Source: Candidatus Australimonas brisbanensis (GTDB lineage Bacteria; Chloroflexota; Dehalococcoidia; Lucifugimonadales; Australimonadaceae). Taken from it: a stretch of DNA of 64,000 nucleotides. A program made the position numbers and the translations under genes. The notes below the pieces were generated by a model. The model was not told where the DNA came from. It made no database searches and saw nothing but the letters and a program-made list of their open reading frames with translations. Location of the stretch: NCBI GenBank assembly GCA_038147155.1, contig JAYQTA010000002.1, positions 329,744 through 393,743 on the forward strand, given 5' to 3'. Shown here one piece after another: positions 7,933 through 17,511 of this stretch (within the stretch, counting starts at the first letter, position 1; each line of letters starts with the position of its first letter).

Positions 7933-9159
7933 ATGCGCGCCGCCATTGCCCGCCACCTCCCCTTCTCCTACGGCTGGCTCATCGTCGCCCTTGCCGCGCT
8001 GGGGGGCGCGTTCATCTCCGGCGTCACCTCCTGGGGTTTGGGCGTGTTCGTCACCCCCATGCAGGAGGAGCTGGGCTGGAGCCGCGCCGCCTTCTTCCTG
8101 CCCCTGGCCATCGGCGCGGTGGTGGCCGGGGTCGCGGGGCCTCTGACCGGCCCTCTGCTGGACCGGCGCCACGGCCCCCTGGCCTGGTTCCTCACCGGCG
8201 CCCTCACCTTCTCCTGCTCCCTGCTGGCCCTGCGGTGGGTGGAGGGGTTGTGGGCCTACTACGCCTGGTTTGGTGTGGTGGGCGGACTGGGGCGCTACGG
8301 CCTATTCACCATCCGCTCCGTCATCCCCAAGTGGTTCGTGCGCAGGAGGGGGCGCGCCATCGCCGTCATCGCCTCCGGCACCAGCCTGGGGCCCCTGCTC
8401 TTCCCCGCCGCCATCCAGGCGCTGGTGGAGGCCGTGGGCTGGCGCGATGCCTGGTGGGTGATGGGCCTCATCGCCCTGGCCATCCTGGGTCCCGGCTCCC
8501 TCCTGGTGGCGCGCCAGCCGGAGGACCTGGGCCTTGCGGCCGAGGCCCCGCGCCTCCCCTCCCCCACCGCCACGAGCCCGGATGAACCGGCCTTCACCCG
8601 CCGCCAGGCCCTGGCAACGCCCACCTTCTGGCTGCTGGTGGGGGCCATCACCCTGGGCACGGCGGGGGTGCGCGGGCTCATCCCCAACCTGCAGCCCTTC
8701 TTCGTGGAGCAGGGCGTGCCGGTGCGGGCGGCCTCCGCCTCCTTCAGCGTCTACGCGTTGCTGAGCATGAGCGTGGCCTTCGCCTGGGGCTGGTGGGCGG
8801 AGCGCCGGGGCGCGCGCATCCCCTTCGTCACCACCTGCATCTGGGTCACCTCCGCCGTCTGGGTGCTGTTCTGGGCCCACGATGCCGCCTCGGCGGTGCT
8901 GGGCATGGCCTATCTGGGCCTCGCGCTCAACGGCTTCTTCGTCCTGTGGCAGGTGTTCGCCCCTGACGTGTTCGGCCGCACTCACTACGGGGCCATCTCC
9001 GGAGCGCTCCAGCCCTTCAACAACGCGGCCATCTACGGCGGGCCGCTGGTGATGGGCGTTGCGTACGATGCGGGCGGCTACGGTGCCGTGTTCGCGGCTG
9101 CTGGGCTGTTATGGGCGGGCGCCACGGTCAGCGCGGCGCTGGTGGCGAGATTGCGGTAG
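7933..9159 (+). CDS. MFS transporter (MCT/OxlT-like)
   Basis: About 12 TM helices; YGWLIV, KWFVRRRGRA motifs; TAGAAT 7 nt before ATG. Confidence 0.9.
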   Translation: MRAAIARHLPFSYGWLIVALAALGGAFISGVTSWGLGVFVTPMQEELGWSRAAFFLPLAIGAVVAGVAGPLTGPLLDRRHGPLAWFLTGALTFSCSLLALRWVEGLWAYYAWFGVVGGLGRYGLFTIRSVIPKWFVRRRGRAIAVIASGTSLGPLLFPAAIQALVEAVGWRDAWWVMGLIALAILGPGSLLVARQPEDLGLAAEAPRLPSPTATSPDEPAFTRRQALATPTFWLLVGAITLGTAGVRGLIPNLQPFFVEQGVPVRAASASFSVYALLSMSVAFAWGWWAERRGARIPFVTTCIWVTSAVWVLFWAHDAASAVLGMAYLGLALNGFFVLWQVFAPDVFGRTHYGAISGALQPFNNAAIYGGPLVMGVAYDAGGYGAVFAAAGLLWAGATVSAALVARLR

Positions 9160-9169
9160 TGTGTGGCCC

Positions 9170-10216
9170 ATGAGTGCGTACACCCTTTCCATCACCGACC
9201 AGTCCCCCATGCGCCGGGGCGGCACGCCCGCCGAGGCGCTGCGTGAGACCATCGCCGCGGCCCAGGCCGCCGAGCGGCTCGGCTACGCGCGCTACTGGGT
9301 GGCCGAGCACCACAACACCGGCACCCACGCCGGGTCGAGCCCGGAGATCCTCATCGGCCAGATACTGGCCAACACCCAGCGCATCCGCGTGGGCTCCGGC
9401 GGGGTGATGCTCTCCCACTACGCCCCCCTGAAGGTGGCCGAGCAGTTCCGCATGCTGGACGCCTTCTACCCTGGTCGGGTGGACCTCGGGATCGGGCGTG
9501 CGCCGGGTTCCGACCAGCTCACGGCGGCGGCGCTCTCCAGCCCTCGCCCGCCCATCGACATCGAGCGCTTCCCGCAGATGGTGGCTGACCTGGTGGGCTA
9601 CCTGCACAACGCGCTGCAGCCCGACCACCCCTTCGCCAAGGTGAAGGTGGCGCCCGGCCCACAGCCGGACACCGCGCCCGAGGTGTGGCTGCTGGGCTCC
9701 TCCGACTACTCGGCCCAGCTCGCCGCCTACCTCGGCCTGCCCTTCGCTTTCGCCGACTTCTTCGGCAACACCGGCAAGCACGGCCCCGCCGTCGCCGACC
9801 TGTACCGGCGCAATTTCCGGCCCTCCGATCTGTGCCCGGAGCCCCGGCTCAACGTGACGGTGCAGGTGGTGTGCGCGCCCACCACCGAGGAGGCGCGGTT
9901 CATCGCCTCGTCCCGCGACTACAACCGCGCCCGGCGCATGCTGGAGGCCCAGGGTGCAGCCCACGTGGAGGGGTTGGTGCCGCCTGAAGAGGCCTCTGGA
10001 GCCGAACTGAACGAGCAGGCCAGGGCCTTCGCCGACCAGTTCGTGGCTGGCTTCCACACCGGCGACCCGGCCACGGTCAAGGCTGAGCTGGTGGAGACCG
10101 CCGAACGGTACGGCACCACGGATATCGGCATCGTCACCATCACCTACCGGCTCCAGGACCGCATCCGCTCCCTGGAACTGCTGGCGAAGGCCTTCGGGCT
10201 AGAGGGGGCCGCTTGA
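9170..10216 (+). CDS. LLM-class flavin-dependent oxidoreductase
   Basis: YWVAEHH, RVGSGGVML, RVDLGIGRAPG, WLLGSS. Confidence 0.92.
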   Translation: MSAYTLSITDQSPMRRGGTPAEALRETIAAAQAAERLGYARYWVAEHHNTGTHAGSSPEILIGQILANTQRIRVGSGGVMLSHYAPLKVAEQFRMLDAFYPGRVDLGIGRAPGSDQLTAAALSSPRPPIDIERFPQMVADLVGYLHNALQPDHPFAKVKVAPGPQPDTAPEVWLLGSSDYSAQLAAYLGLPFAFADFFGNTGKHGPAVADLYRRNFRPSDLCPEPRLNVTVQVVCAPTTEEARFIASSRDYNRARRMLEAQGAAHVEGLVPPEEASGAELNEQARAFADQFVAGFHTGDPATVKAELVETAERYGTTDIGIVTITYRLQDRIRSLELLAKAFGLEGAA

Positions 10217-10257
10217 GGGTGGTTCGATGGAGCGCAGCATGGAACGGAGCGTGAGTG

Positions 10258-10857
10258 ATGCCCATCGGTGAGCACGACGGACTGATCATCGTGGACGTGC
10301 AGAACGATTTCTGCCCCGGCGGCGCGCTGGCCGTCCCCACCGGTGCGCAGGTGGCCGAGACGCTGACGGGCGTTGCCGCCCACTTCGCCGCCCACGGCGC
10401 GCACGTCTTCGCCACCCAAGACTGGCACCCCGCCGAGCACGCCTCGTTCAGGGCCCAGCGCGGGCCGTGGCCGGAGCACTGCGTTCAGGACACCCCCGGC
10501 GCGCAATTCCACCCCGCCTTCGCGCTACCCGAGGGTGCGCTCATCGTCCGCAAGGGCACCGACCCCACCAAGGACGCCTACTCCGGCTTCGTGGACTCGG
10601 ACCTGGAGGAGCGGCTACGGGCCTCCGGTGTGACGCGCGTGTTCGTGGGGGGCCTCGCCACCGACTACTGCGTGCTGAACACCGTGGTGGATGCGGTGGA
10701 CCGGGACTTCGAGACCTACGTCCTGGTGGACGCGGTGGGCGCGGTGGACGTGGAGCCCGGCGATGGGCAGCGCGCCCTGCACCTGATGGCGGGGTCGGGC
10801 GCGGGGCTGGTGGAGGCCTCGGCCATCCTCGCTGAGGATGGGGCCTCCGGGGAGTAA
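10258..10857 (+). CDS. pncA: Nicotinamidase/pyrazinamidase
   Basis: VDVQNDFCPGGAL, QDWHP, WPEHC, GLATDYCV. Confidence 0.92.
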   Translation: MPIGEHDGLIIVDVQNDFCPGGALAVPTGAQVAETLTGVAAHFAAHGAHVFATQDWHPAEHASFRAQRGPWPEHCVQDTPGAQFHPAFALPEGALIVRKGTDPTKDAYSGFVDSDLEERLRASGVTRVFVGGLATDYCVLNTVVDAVDRDFETYVLVDAVGAVDVEPGDGQRALHLMAGSGAGLVEASAILAEDGASGE

Positions 10858-10860
10858 CCC

Positions 10861-12219
10861 CTACTCCCCCAGTTCCTGCTCGCGCACCTGCTGGGTGACC
10901 TGGGCGGCCAGCGCGTCCAACGCCGCGGAGTGCGCCACCGGGTAGCGCGCCGGGTTGCGCAGCGCTCGGTGCGCGGCGGGCAGTGCAGAGAAGTTAGCGG
11001 CGAAGCGCTCGCGCATGGCGACCAACGGCTCCTGGGGGCCGGTGCGCCGACCGCCCCGCAACACCTCAGCCAGCAGCGGCCTCGCGCCCGCGGGCGCACT
11101 CTCGTGAGTCAGGGCGATGGTATCGCCACCGAACCCCGCACGCCGGTACACCTGCTTGGGCCCGGGCAGCGTTGCCTTGCCCGTGGAGAGCTTGAGCGCT
11201 GGCTGCCCATCGTGGGCCACCAGCTTGTAGGCCCAGTCTATCCACGGCGCATCAGCCGCCACGCCCAGCTTGGTGCCCACGCCGAACCCACCGATGGGGG
11301 CTCCCGCCTGCACCAGCGATTGCACCGAGAACTCGTCGAGCCCGCCGGAGGCGAACACCGTCACCTCGGGAAAGCCCGCCCCATCCAGCATCTTGCGGGC
11401 CTGCCGCGAGAGCGCGTCCAGGTCGCCGGAGTCGAGGCGCACCGCCCGCAGGGCGTGGCCCCGCTCGCGCAACCAGCGCGCCGCCTCGATGGCGTTGCTC
11501 ACGCCGTGAACCGTGTCGTAGGTATCCACCAGCAGTGTGGCGGTGTCGGGGAACGAGGCGGCGTAGGCCATGAACGCCTCGCGCTCCGAGGGGAAGGACA
11601 TGATGAACGAGTGCGCCATGGTTCCTGCTGGAGGGATGCCGTAGCGCGCGGCGGCCAGCACGTTGGAGGTGGCGGCGAACCCGGCGATGTAACTCGCGCG
11701 CGCCAACCGGTCGGCGGCGTCCTGACCCTGGGTGCGGCGCGCTGCGAACTCCACGGCCGCCCGCCCCGCCGCCGCATGCACCACCCGCGAGGCCTTGGTG
11801 GCCAGCACGGAGTGGACGTTCAGCGTGTTCATCAGAAACGTCTCGACCAGCTGGGCCTCGATGATGGGCCCCTCCACCTCCAGCACCGGCTCATCGGCGA
11901 AGGCGATCTCCCCCTCCGCCATGGCGCGCACGCTCCCCGTGAACCGCACGCCGCGCAGGAACTCACAGAAGGCATCCTGGAACAGGCCGGTGCCGCGCAG
12001 GTAGGCGATGTCCGCATCGGTGAAGGCCAGCGCCTCCAGGTAGTCCAGCGCCTCCTCCAGCCCCGCCACGACGGCATACGCCCGGTCGGGCCCGTAGTTG
12101 CGGAAGAAGAGGGAGAACGTCGCCGGGCCCGTGCGCCCCGCCTGCCAGTAGGCCTGGGCCATGGTCAGCTCGTACTGGTCGGCGAAGAGGGCGTTGGAGA
12201 GGCCGGGGGTCTGGTGCAT
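10861..12219 (-). CDS. pncB: Nicotinate phosphoribosyltransferase
   Basis: DQYELTM, GTMAHS, LVDTYD, RLDSGD, SGGLDE, GVGT. Confidence 0.93.
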   Translation of the reverse strand: MHQTPGLSNALFADQYELTMAQAYWQAGRTGPATFSLFFRNYGPDRAYAVVAGLEEALDYLEALAFTDADIAYLRGTGLFQDAFCEFLRGVRFTGSVRAMAEGEIAFADEPVLEVEGPIIEAQLVETFLMNTLNVHSVLATKASRVVHAAAGRAAVEFAARRTQGQDAADRLARASYIAGFAATSNVLAAARYGIPPAGTMAHSFIMSFPSEREAFMAYAASFPDTATLLVDTYDTVHGVSNAIEAARWLRERGHALRAVRLDSGDLDALSRQARKMLDGAGFPEVTVFASGGLDEFSVQSLVQAGAPIGGFGVGTKLGVAADAPWIDWAYKLVAHDGQPALKLSTGKATLPGPKQVYRRAGFGGDTIALTHESAPAGARPLLAEVLRGGRRTGPQEPLVAMRERFAANFSALPAAHRALRNPARYPVAHSAALDALAAQVTQQVREQELGE

Positions 12220-12317
12220 GGAGGCGGAGGATACGGCGCGCCGGGGCCGCGGGCAACGCAGCGGGGGCGGCCCTGAGGCCCCCCCCGCCTGGGTGCGTCG
12301 TCGCCGGAGGAGCGGTG

Positions 12318-13313
12318 CTACTCGCCCACCATCTTGGGGGTGAGCAGCGGCATCGCCTCGTAAGCGTTGTCGTGGAAGATGGCGTGCTTCTGCTGCTTCG
12401 AGAGGAAGTCCATCTCCGCGATGATCGGAACCAGGTCGTCGGAGGGCCGGTTGTTCTCCGGCCGCACCGCACCACCCGAGCCGGGGGCCTCGGTGCCGAA
12501 GAGCATGCGCAGCGGCGTCTTCTGCTTGATGGTCGTCGCGAGCAGGTCGCGCTCCAGCACGCAGGAGTCGAAGTAGAGGTTCTTGGTCAGGTCGCGCTGG
12601 CCACGGTGGTAGTCGTTCTCGATGAACCGGTGCAGCGCACCGCCGCCGTGGCAGACGAAGATCTTCAACTTGGGGAAGTCGTCGAACACGCGCCCGTGCT
12701 CGAGGAGCTGCATGGCGATGTACTCCTCGGTCACGTTGTTGATCTGGTAGTTGGCCGGGATGATCTCCAGGCGCTTGTCGTTGCTCATGGACGGGTGGAC
12801 CATCAGCACCGCGTTGAGCTCCTGCGCCTTCTCGTACAGCGGGTACCAGTACTTGTCGTTCATGCCCGGGGTCTGCTTGTCAGCGCCAGGGTCGGGGTTG
12901 ACCAGCGCGCCCACGAAGCCCAGCTCCTTCACGGAGCGCTCCAGCTCGCTCACCAGGTAGGAGGAGTCCTCGTCACGCGACTGGGGCAGCTGGGCGATGC
13001 CGCCGAAGCGGTCGGGGTGCAGGCGCACGATCTGGGCGATGGTGTCGTTCACGAACCCGGCCCAGGCGTGCTGCATGAACGGGCGCATCCAGTGCCACAT
13101 GGCGATGGGGCGCGGCGAGAGCAGCTGGTAGTCGATGGAGTGGTCGTCCAGCATCGCCAGGTGGCGGCCCTGCGCCGACTCCATCCGCTCGTCGGAGATG
13201 GACATGTTGTGGGGCGGGTAGTTCTGCGAAACCATGTTTGCCACGGTACCGCGGAACTCCGGCGGCGTGGACATGTGGCCGTGAACGTCGATGACCTTCT
13301 TGCCTTCGTACAT
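12318..13313 (-). CDS. Amidohydrolase-2 family protein (LigJ/decarboxylase-like)
   Basis: IDVHGH, VNPDP, MVHP, CHGGG, LFGTE. Confidence 0.85.
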   Translation of the reverse strand: MYEGKKVIDVHGHMSTPPEFRGTVANMVSQNYPPHNMSISDERMESAQGRHLAMLDDHSIDYQLLSPRPIAMWHWMRPFMQHAWAGFVNDTIAQIVRLHPDRFGGIAQLPQSRDEDSSYLVSELERSVKELGFVGALVNPDPGADKQTPGMNDKYWYPLYEKAQELNAVLMVHPSMSNDKRLEIIPANYQINNVTEEYIAMQLLEHGRVFDDFPKLKIFVCHGGGALHRFIENDYHRGQRDLTKNLYFDSCVLERDLLATTIKQKTPLRMLFGTEAPGSGGAVRPENNRPSDDLVPIIAEMDFLSKQQKHAIFHDNAYEAMPLLTPKMVGE

Positions 13314-13378
13314 CGTCTGCCTTCCTTTGTGTGTTCACAGCCCGCAGGCTGCTGATGACCGTCGGGGAACGCCCTGCC

Positions 13379-14392
13379 CTACAGGTCCAGGGTCGCCGGT
13401 GCGAACAGCTCCTCCACCGTGAGCTTGCGGGGGGTGAGCCCCTGCTCGTGGGAGAAGTCAATCATGGTCTGGATCATTCTCTCGTTGTCCCTCACCCCGT
13501 AGGGGAAGGGATCGGCCCCGAACATGGAGCGGGTCTGCGCCATGTACTGCGGGCCGAAGATCAGGTCCGTGGGCACCTTCGATGACAGGCGCTCGTACCA
13601 GTGCTCCTTGGCCCGCACGAAGGCCGCGAACAGGTTGAACGCCAGCCACGGGTACTTGGCGTACACATCGCCCCGGATGGCGTAGCAGTGGTTCGCCGGG
13701 ATGTACCCGTGGGTGTCGAAGAAGCGCTTGCCCTCCCCCATGAAGTCGGGGAAGAGGGGCTTCACCTTCTTGAAGGCGTCGGCGGGTGGGCGCACCGTGG
13801 TGGAGCGGTCGATGACGTTCTTCTCGCGGGTGAAGGCGCGGGCGATGGGCGCCGCGTCGATCTCCCCGTTCACCAGCATCGTCGCCAGCGACTTGTCCGT
13901 GGGGATGCGGTGGAACTTGATGCCCTTGGGCGGCGTAAAGCCCGTGGCCCCGCCGTGGGAGAGCTCCTCGGAGCGCTCCATCCACCAATCCACGCTGAAC
14001 TGGTCCACGCCGAAGTCGTGCTGGAGCACCCCGCGCGTCCACAGCGAGGCCGTCTGCTGGTACTCGCCCACGCCGATGGCCTTGCCGTACAGGTCGTTGG
14101 GCTTGTCCACGCCGGAGTCCACGTTCACCGAGAGCAGCGCGTGCATGAAGCGCCGGGAGGGGAACACGGGGATCGCCACCATGTCCGAGCCCTGGGACTT
14201 GGCGATGAGCAACGAGGAGAAGCTCATCTCGAAGACCTCGAACTCGTTGAACTTGAGCTGGCGCCAGAACGTCTCCGAGGGGTCGGAGTTGGTCCACACC
14301 AGTTCGGCGCCCTCCACGGGCGTCTCCCCCGTCAGCAGCGAGTGCACCCGCTCGTTGGTGGCGGAGATCATGCTCAGCCGCAGCTTCTCCAT
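13379..14392 (-). CDS. 4,5-dihydroxyphthalate decarboxylase-like protein
   Basis: PSETFWRQ, EMSFSS, IPVFPSRRF, EYQQTA, DPFPYG. Confidence 0.75.
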   Translation of the reverse strand: MEKLRLSMISATNERVHSLLTGETPVEGAELVWTNSDPSETFWRQLKFNEFEVFEMSFSSLLIAKSQGSDMVAIPVFPSRRFMHALLSVNVDSGVDKPNDLYGKAIGVGEYQQTASLWTRGVLQHDFGVDQFSVDWWMERSEELSHGGATGFTPPKGIKFHRIPTDKSLATMLVNGEIDAAPIARAFTREKNVIDRSTTVRPPADAFKKVKPLFPDFMGEGKRFFDTHGYIPANHCYAIRGDVYAKYPWLAFNLFAAFVRAKEHWYERLSSKVPTDLIFGPQYMAQTRSMFGADPFPYGVRDNERMIQTMIDFSHEQGLTPRKLTVEELFAPATLDL

Positions 14393-14551
14393 GCGTCCTC
14401 CCCTGTACGCGATGCGTCCGGCGTGCGCCGGACGGCGGGACGATACGCGCGCCCCGTCCGCCTGTCAAAGCACGTTTGCCGTGGGCCAGCGGCCCCGCTA
14501 GCATCGGCCCACGTCCCCCGCCCTGCCCTGCGGGGGCCACGGAGGTGACCC

Positions 14552-15103
14552 ATGCCCCACGCCAGCGACAGCGCCGACGGCCCCACCCTGCCGCAGTTCC
14601 TGGCCGAGCTGATGGCCCGCTCCCACCAGCGCATGCAGGAGGCGCTGGACGGCATGAGCGATGAGGCCCTCTGGCGCCAGCCAGGCCCCTCCGCCAACAC
14701 CGCCGGGTGGCTCGCCTGGCACCTGGCGCGCTGGAAGGACATCCAGACCGCACGCATGGCAGGCGAGCCCCAGGAATGGGAAACAGGCGGTTGGGCAGCG
14801 CGCCTGGGGCTGGAGGGGATGGTCAGCGGCTGGGGCGATTCGCCCGAGCAGGCCGCCGCCTTCCGCGCCCCGCGCGCCGAGGTGCTGGCTTACGCCGCCG
14901 CCGCCCACGAGGCCGCTTTGCGCCGGCTCACCGCCGCCACCCCGGACTCCCTCGCCCGTCTGCTCCCGCCCGCCCGGCCCGGCGGGGAGTCGCGCCCCGC
15001 GTGGCTCTCCCTTCTGGTGAACTGCATCGACTTCAACGAGCACACCGGGCAGATCGCCTACCTGCGCGGGCTGTACGACGGCTTCGGCTGGCAGTCGACC
15101 TAG
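14552..15103 (+). CDS. DinB family protein
   Basis: NTAGWLAWHL, EHTGQIAYLRG. Confidence 0.88.
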   Translation: MPHASDSADGPTLPQFLAELMARSHQRMQEALDGMSDEALWRQPGPSANTAGWLAWHLARWKDIQTARMAGEPQEWETGGWAARLGLEGMVSGWGDSPEQAAAFRAPRAEVLAYAAAAHEAALRRLTAATPDSLARLLPPARPGGESRPAWLSLLVNCIDFNEHTGQIAYLRGLYDGFGWQST

Positions 15104-15176
15104 CGCGCGCCCGCGCGTGCCCTGCTAACCTAGGCGGCGCACATCACGGCCACTGGCCCCAGAGGAGTCCTCCCCC

Positions 15177-16658
15177 ATGCAGGAAGTCAGCACCGATGTC
15201 CTGGTGGTCGGCGCGGGCAACGCCGCCCTCTCCGCCGCCCTGGCCGCCCGCGAGGCGGGCCGGTCCGTCATCGCCCTGGAGAAGGCCGACGAGCACGAGC
15301 GCGGCGGCAACACCTACTTCACGGGCGGTCACATCCGCTTCGCCTTCAAGGACCTGAACGACATCGTCTCCCTGGTGCCGGACCTGTCCGAGGCCGAGCG
15401 CGAGGTGATGGAGGTGGGCTCCTACACCACCGCCAAGTTCTTCGACGACCTGATGCGCGTCACCGAGGGCCTCTCCGACCAAGAGCTGGCCGACCTGCTG
15501 GTGCGCCAGTCGCTCCCCACCATGCAGTGGCTCTACACCCAGGGCATGCGCTTCGTCCCCTCCTGGACGCGCCAGGCGTTCAAGGTGGACGGCAAGTTCC
15601 GCTTCTGGGGCGGGCTGGTACTGGAGGCCGTGGGCGGCGGCAAGGGCCTGGCCGACCAGCTCTTCGACATGGCCGCGGCCAAGGGCATCGAGGTGCGCTA
15701 CTCCACCACCGCCCGCCACCTGCTCACCGGCGAGAAGGGCGAGGTGACCGGCGCCGAGGTGAAGGGGCCCGACCGGCTCTACCACATCAACGCCAAGACC
15801 GTGGTGCTGGCGTGCGGCGGCTTCGAGGCCAACCCTGAGATGCGCGCGCGCTACCTGGGCCCCGGCTGGGAACTGGCCAAGGTGCGCGGCGTGCGCTTCA
15901 ACACCGGCGATGGGCACCGCATGGCGGAGGAGGTAGGCGCGCAGCCCTACGGCCACTACTCCGGCGCCCACGCCGTCGCATGGGACCTGAACGCCCCGCC
16001 CACCGGCAACCGCGCCATCACCGACCTGTACCAGAAGCACTCCTATCCCTTCGGGCTCATCGTCAACAACACCGGCCGCCGCTTCGTGGACGAGGGCGCG
16101 GACTTTCGCAACTACACCTACGCCAAGTACGGGCGGGCCATCCTGGGCCAGCCCCAGCGCGTGGCCTTCCAGCTCTTCGACCAGAAGACGCTCCACCTGC
16201 TGCGCGACGAGTACCGCATCCCCCAGGTGACCATGGCCGAGTCGGACACCATCGAGGGGCTGGCCGAGATGCTGGACATCGACCCCAAGGGCCTGGTGAA
16301 GACCGTGGCCGACTACAACGCCGCCTGCCAGCCCGGCGAGTACAACCCCACCAAACTGGACGGGTTGCACACCGAGGGCATCGAGCCGCCCAAGTCCAAC
16401 TGGGCGCTGCCGCTGGACGCCCCGCCCTACGTGGGCTACGCCGTCACCTGCGGGGTGACGTTCACCTTCGGCGGCCTGCGCATCAACAACCGCGCGCAGG
16501 TGCTGGACACTACCGACGCCCCCATCCCTGGCCTGTACGCCGCGGGTGAGATCGTGGGCGGGCTCTTCTACCACAACTACCCCGGCGGCTCCGGCCTCAT
16601 GGCGGGGGCCGTCTTCGGCAAGATCGCCGGCACCAGCGCCGGGCACGACGCGGGGTAG
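15177..16658 (+). CDS. FAD-dependent tricarballylate dehydrogenase TcuA-like
   Basis: VGAGNAA, RGGNTYFT, GGFEAN, RFVDEG, TFTFGGL, YPGGSGL. Confidence 0.85.
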   Translation: MQEVSTDVLVVGAGNAALSAALAAREAGRSVIALEKADEHERGGNTYFTGGHIRFAFKDLNDIVSLVPDLSEAEREVMEVGSYTTAKFFDDLMRVTEGLSDQELADLLVRQSLPTMQWLYTQGMRFVPSWTRQAFKVDGKFRFWGGLVLEAVGGGKGLADQLFDMAAAKGIEVRYSTTARHLLTGEKGEVTGAEVKGPDRLYHINAKTVVLACGGFEANPEMRARYLGPGWELAKVRGVRFNTGDGHRMAEEVGAQPYGHYSGAHAVAWDLNAPPTGNRAITDLYQKHSYPFGLIVNNTGRRFVDEGADFRNYTYAKYGRAILGQPQRVAFQLFDQKTLHLLRDEYRIPQVTMAESDTIEGLAEMLDIDPKGLVKTVADYNAACQPGEYNPTKLDGLHTEGIEPPKSNWALPLDAPPYVGYAVTCGVTFTFGGLRINNRAQVLDTTDAPIPGLYAAGEIVGGLFYHNYPGGSGLMAGAVFGKIAGTSAGHDAG

Positions 16659-16690
16659 CGGCTCAGCGCTGCCAACGGGCGACGATGAAC

Positions 16691-16724
16691 AACGGCCCCC
16701 GGGGTGTACGCTCCGGGGGCCGTT
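16691..16724. terminator. Bidirectional terminator hairpin
   Basis: AACGGCCCCCGG / CCGGGGGCCGTT between convergent genes. Confidence 0.75.
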
Positions 16725-16727
16725 CGC

Positions 16728-17483
16728 CTACCCCACGCTCTTCCCGCCGTCCACGGTGAGCACCTGGCCGGTCATCATGGACGATTCGTCGCTGAGCAGG
16801 TAGAGCGCGGCGTAGGCGGTGTCCTCAGGCGCGACGTGGCGGCCCAGGGGGATGCCGTGCGGGGGGTGCGGGGCGGTCTGACGCGGGATACGCAGCTGCC
16901 CCTCGCCGTAGACGATAAACCCCGGCGCGATGGCGTTGGTGCGGATGCCCTGCGGCCCGTACTCCACCGCCATCTGCTTGGTGAGCCCGGCCACCCCCGC
17001 CTTGGTGGCGGCGTGGGCCGCGTGACGCGGGGTGCCCGCGTGGAACCCACTGTTGCTGGACATGTTGACGATGCTCCCACCGTGCCCGCCCGCCAGCATG
17101 GCGCGCACCGCGTGCTTGCACGCCAGGTACGTCATGGTCAGTTCGTGGGAGATGACGAACTCCCACTCGTCCAGCGCCAACTCGTGCAGGGGGGAGAAGC
17201 GCACCAGCCCCGCCGCGTTGAAGAGGCCGTCCAGCCGCCCGCTGCGGGCCACGGCCAGGGCGATCATGGCCTCGTTGGCGGTCTCTGTCGTGAGGTCGCC
17301 CACGCTCACGGCAACGTCGGTGCCTGCGGGCAGTTGCGCCAGCGTCTCGTCCAGCCCTTCCTGGCTGGCGTCAGCAAGCACCAGGCGGGCCCCCTCGCGG
17401 GCGAAGATGCCTGCGGCAACCCGCCCCTGCCCCGACGCGCCGCCGGTGATGACGATGCTCCGCCCGCCCAGCCGTCCTGCCAT
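16728..17483 (-). CDS. Short-chain dehydrogenase/reductase
   Basis: TGGASGQG, NAAG, HAATK (His in place of the YxxxK Tyr), NAIAPG, TGQVLTVDGG. Confidence 0.9.
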   Translation of the reverse strand: MAGRLGGRSIVITGGASGQGRVAAGIFAREGARLVLADASQEGLDETLAQLPAGTDVAVSVGDLTTETANEAMIALAVARSGRLDGLFNAAGLVRFSPLHELALDEWEFVISHELTMTYLACKHAVRAMLAGGHGGSIVNMSSNSGFHAGTPRHAAHAATKAGVAGLTKQMAVEYGPQGIRTNAIAPGFIVYGEGQLRIPRQTAPHPPHGIPLGRHVAPEDTAYAALYLLSDESSMMTGQVLTVDGGKSVG

Positions 17484-17511
17484 GCGCGCCTCCTTGGGGT
17501 GCGGGTCTGCT

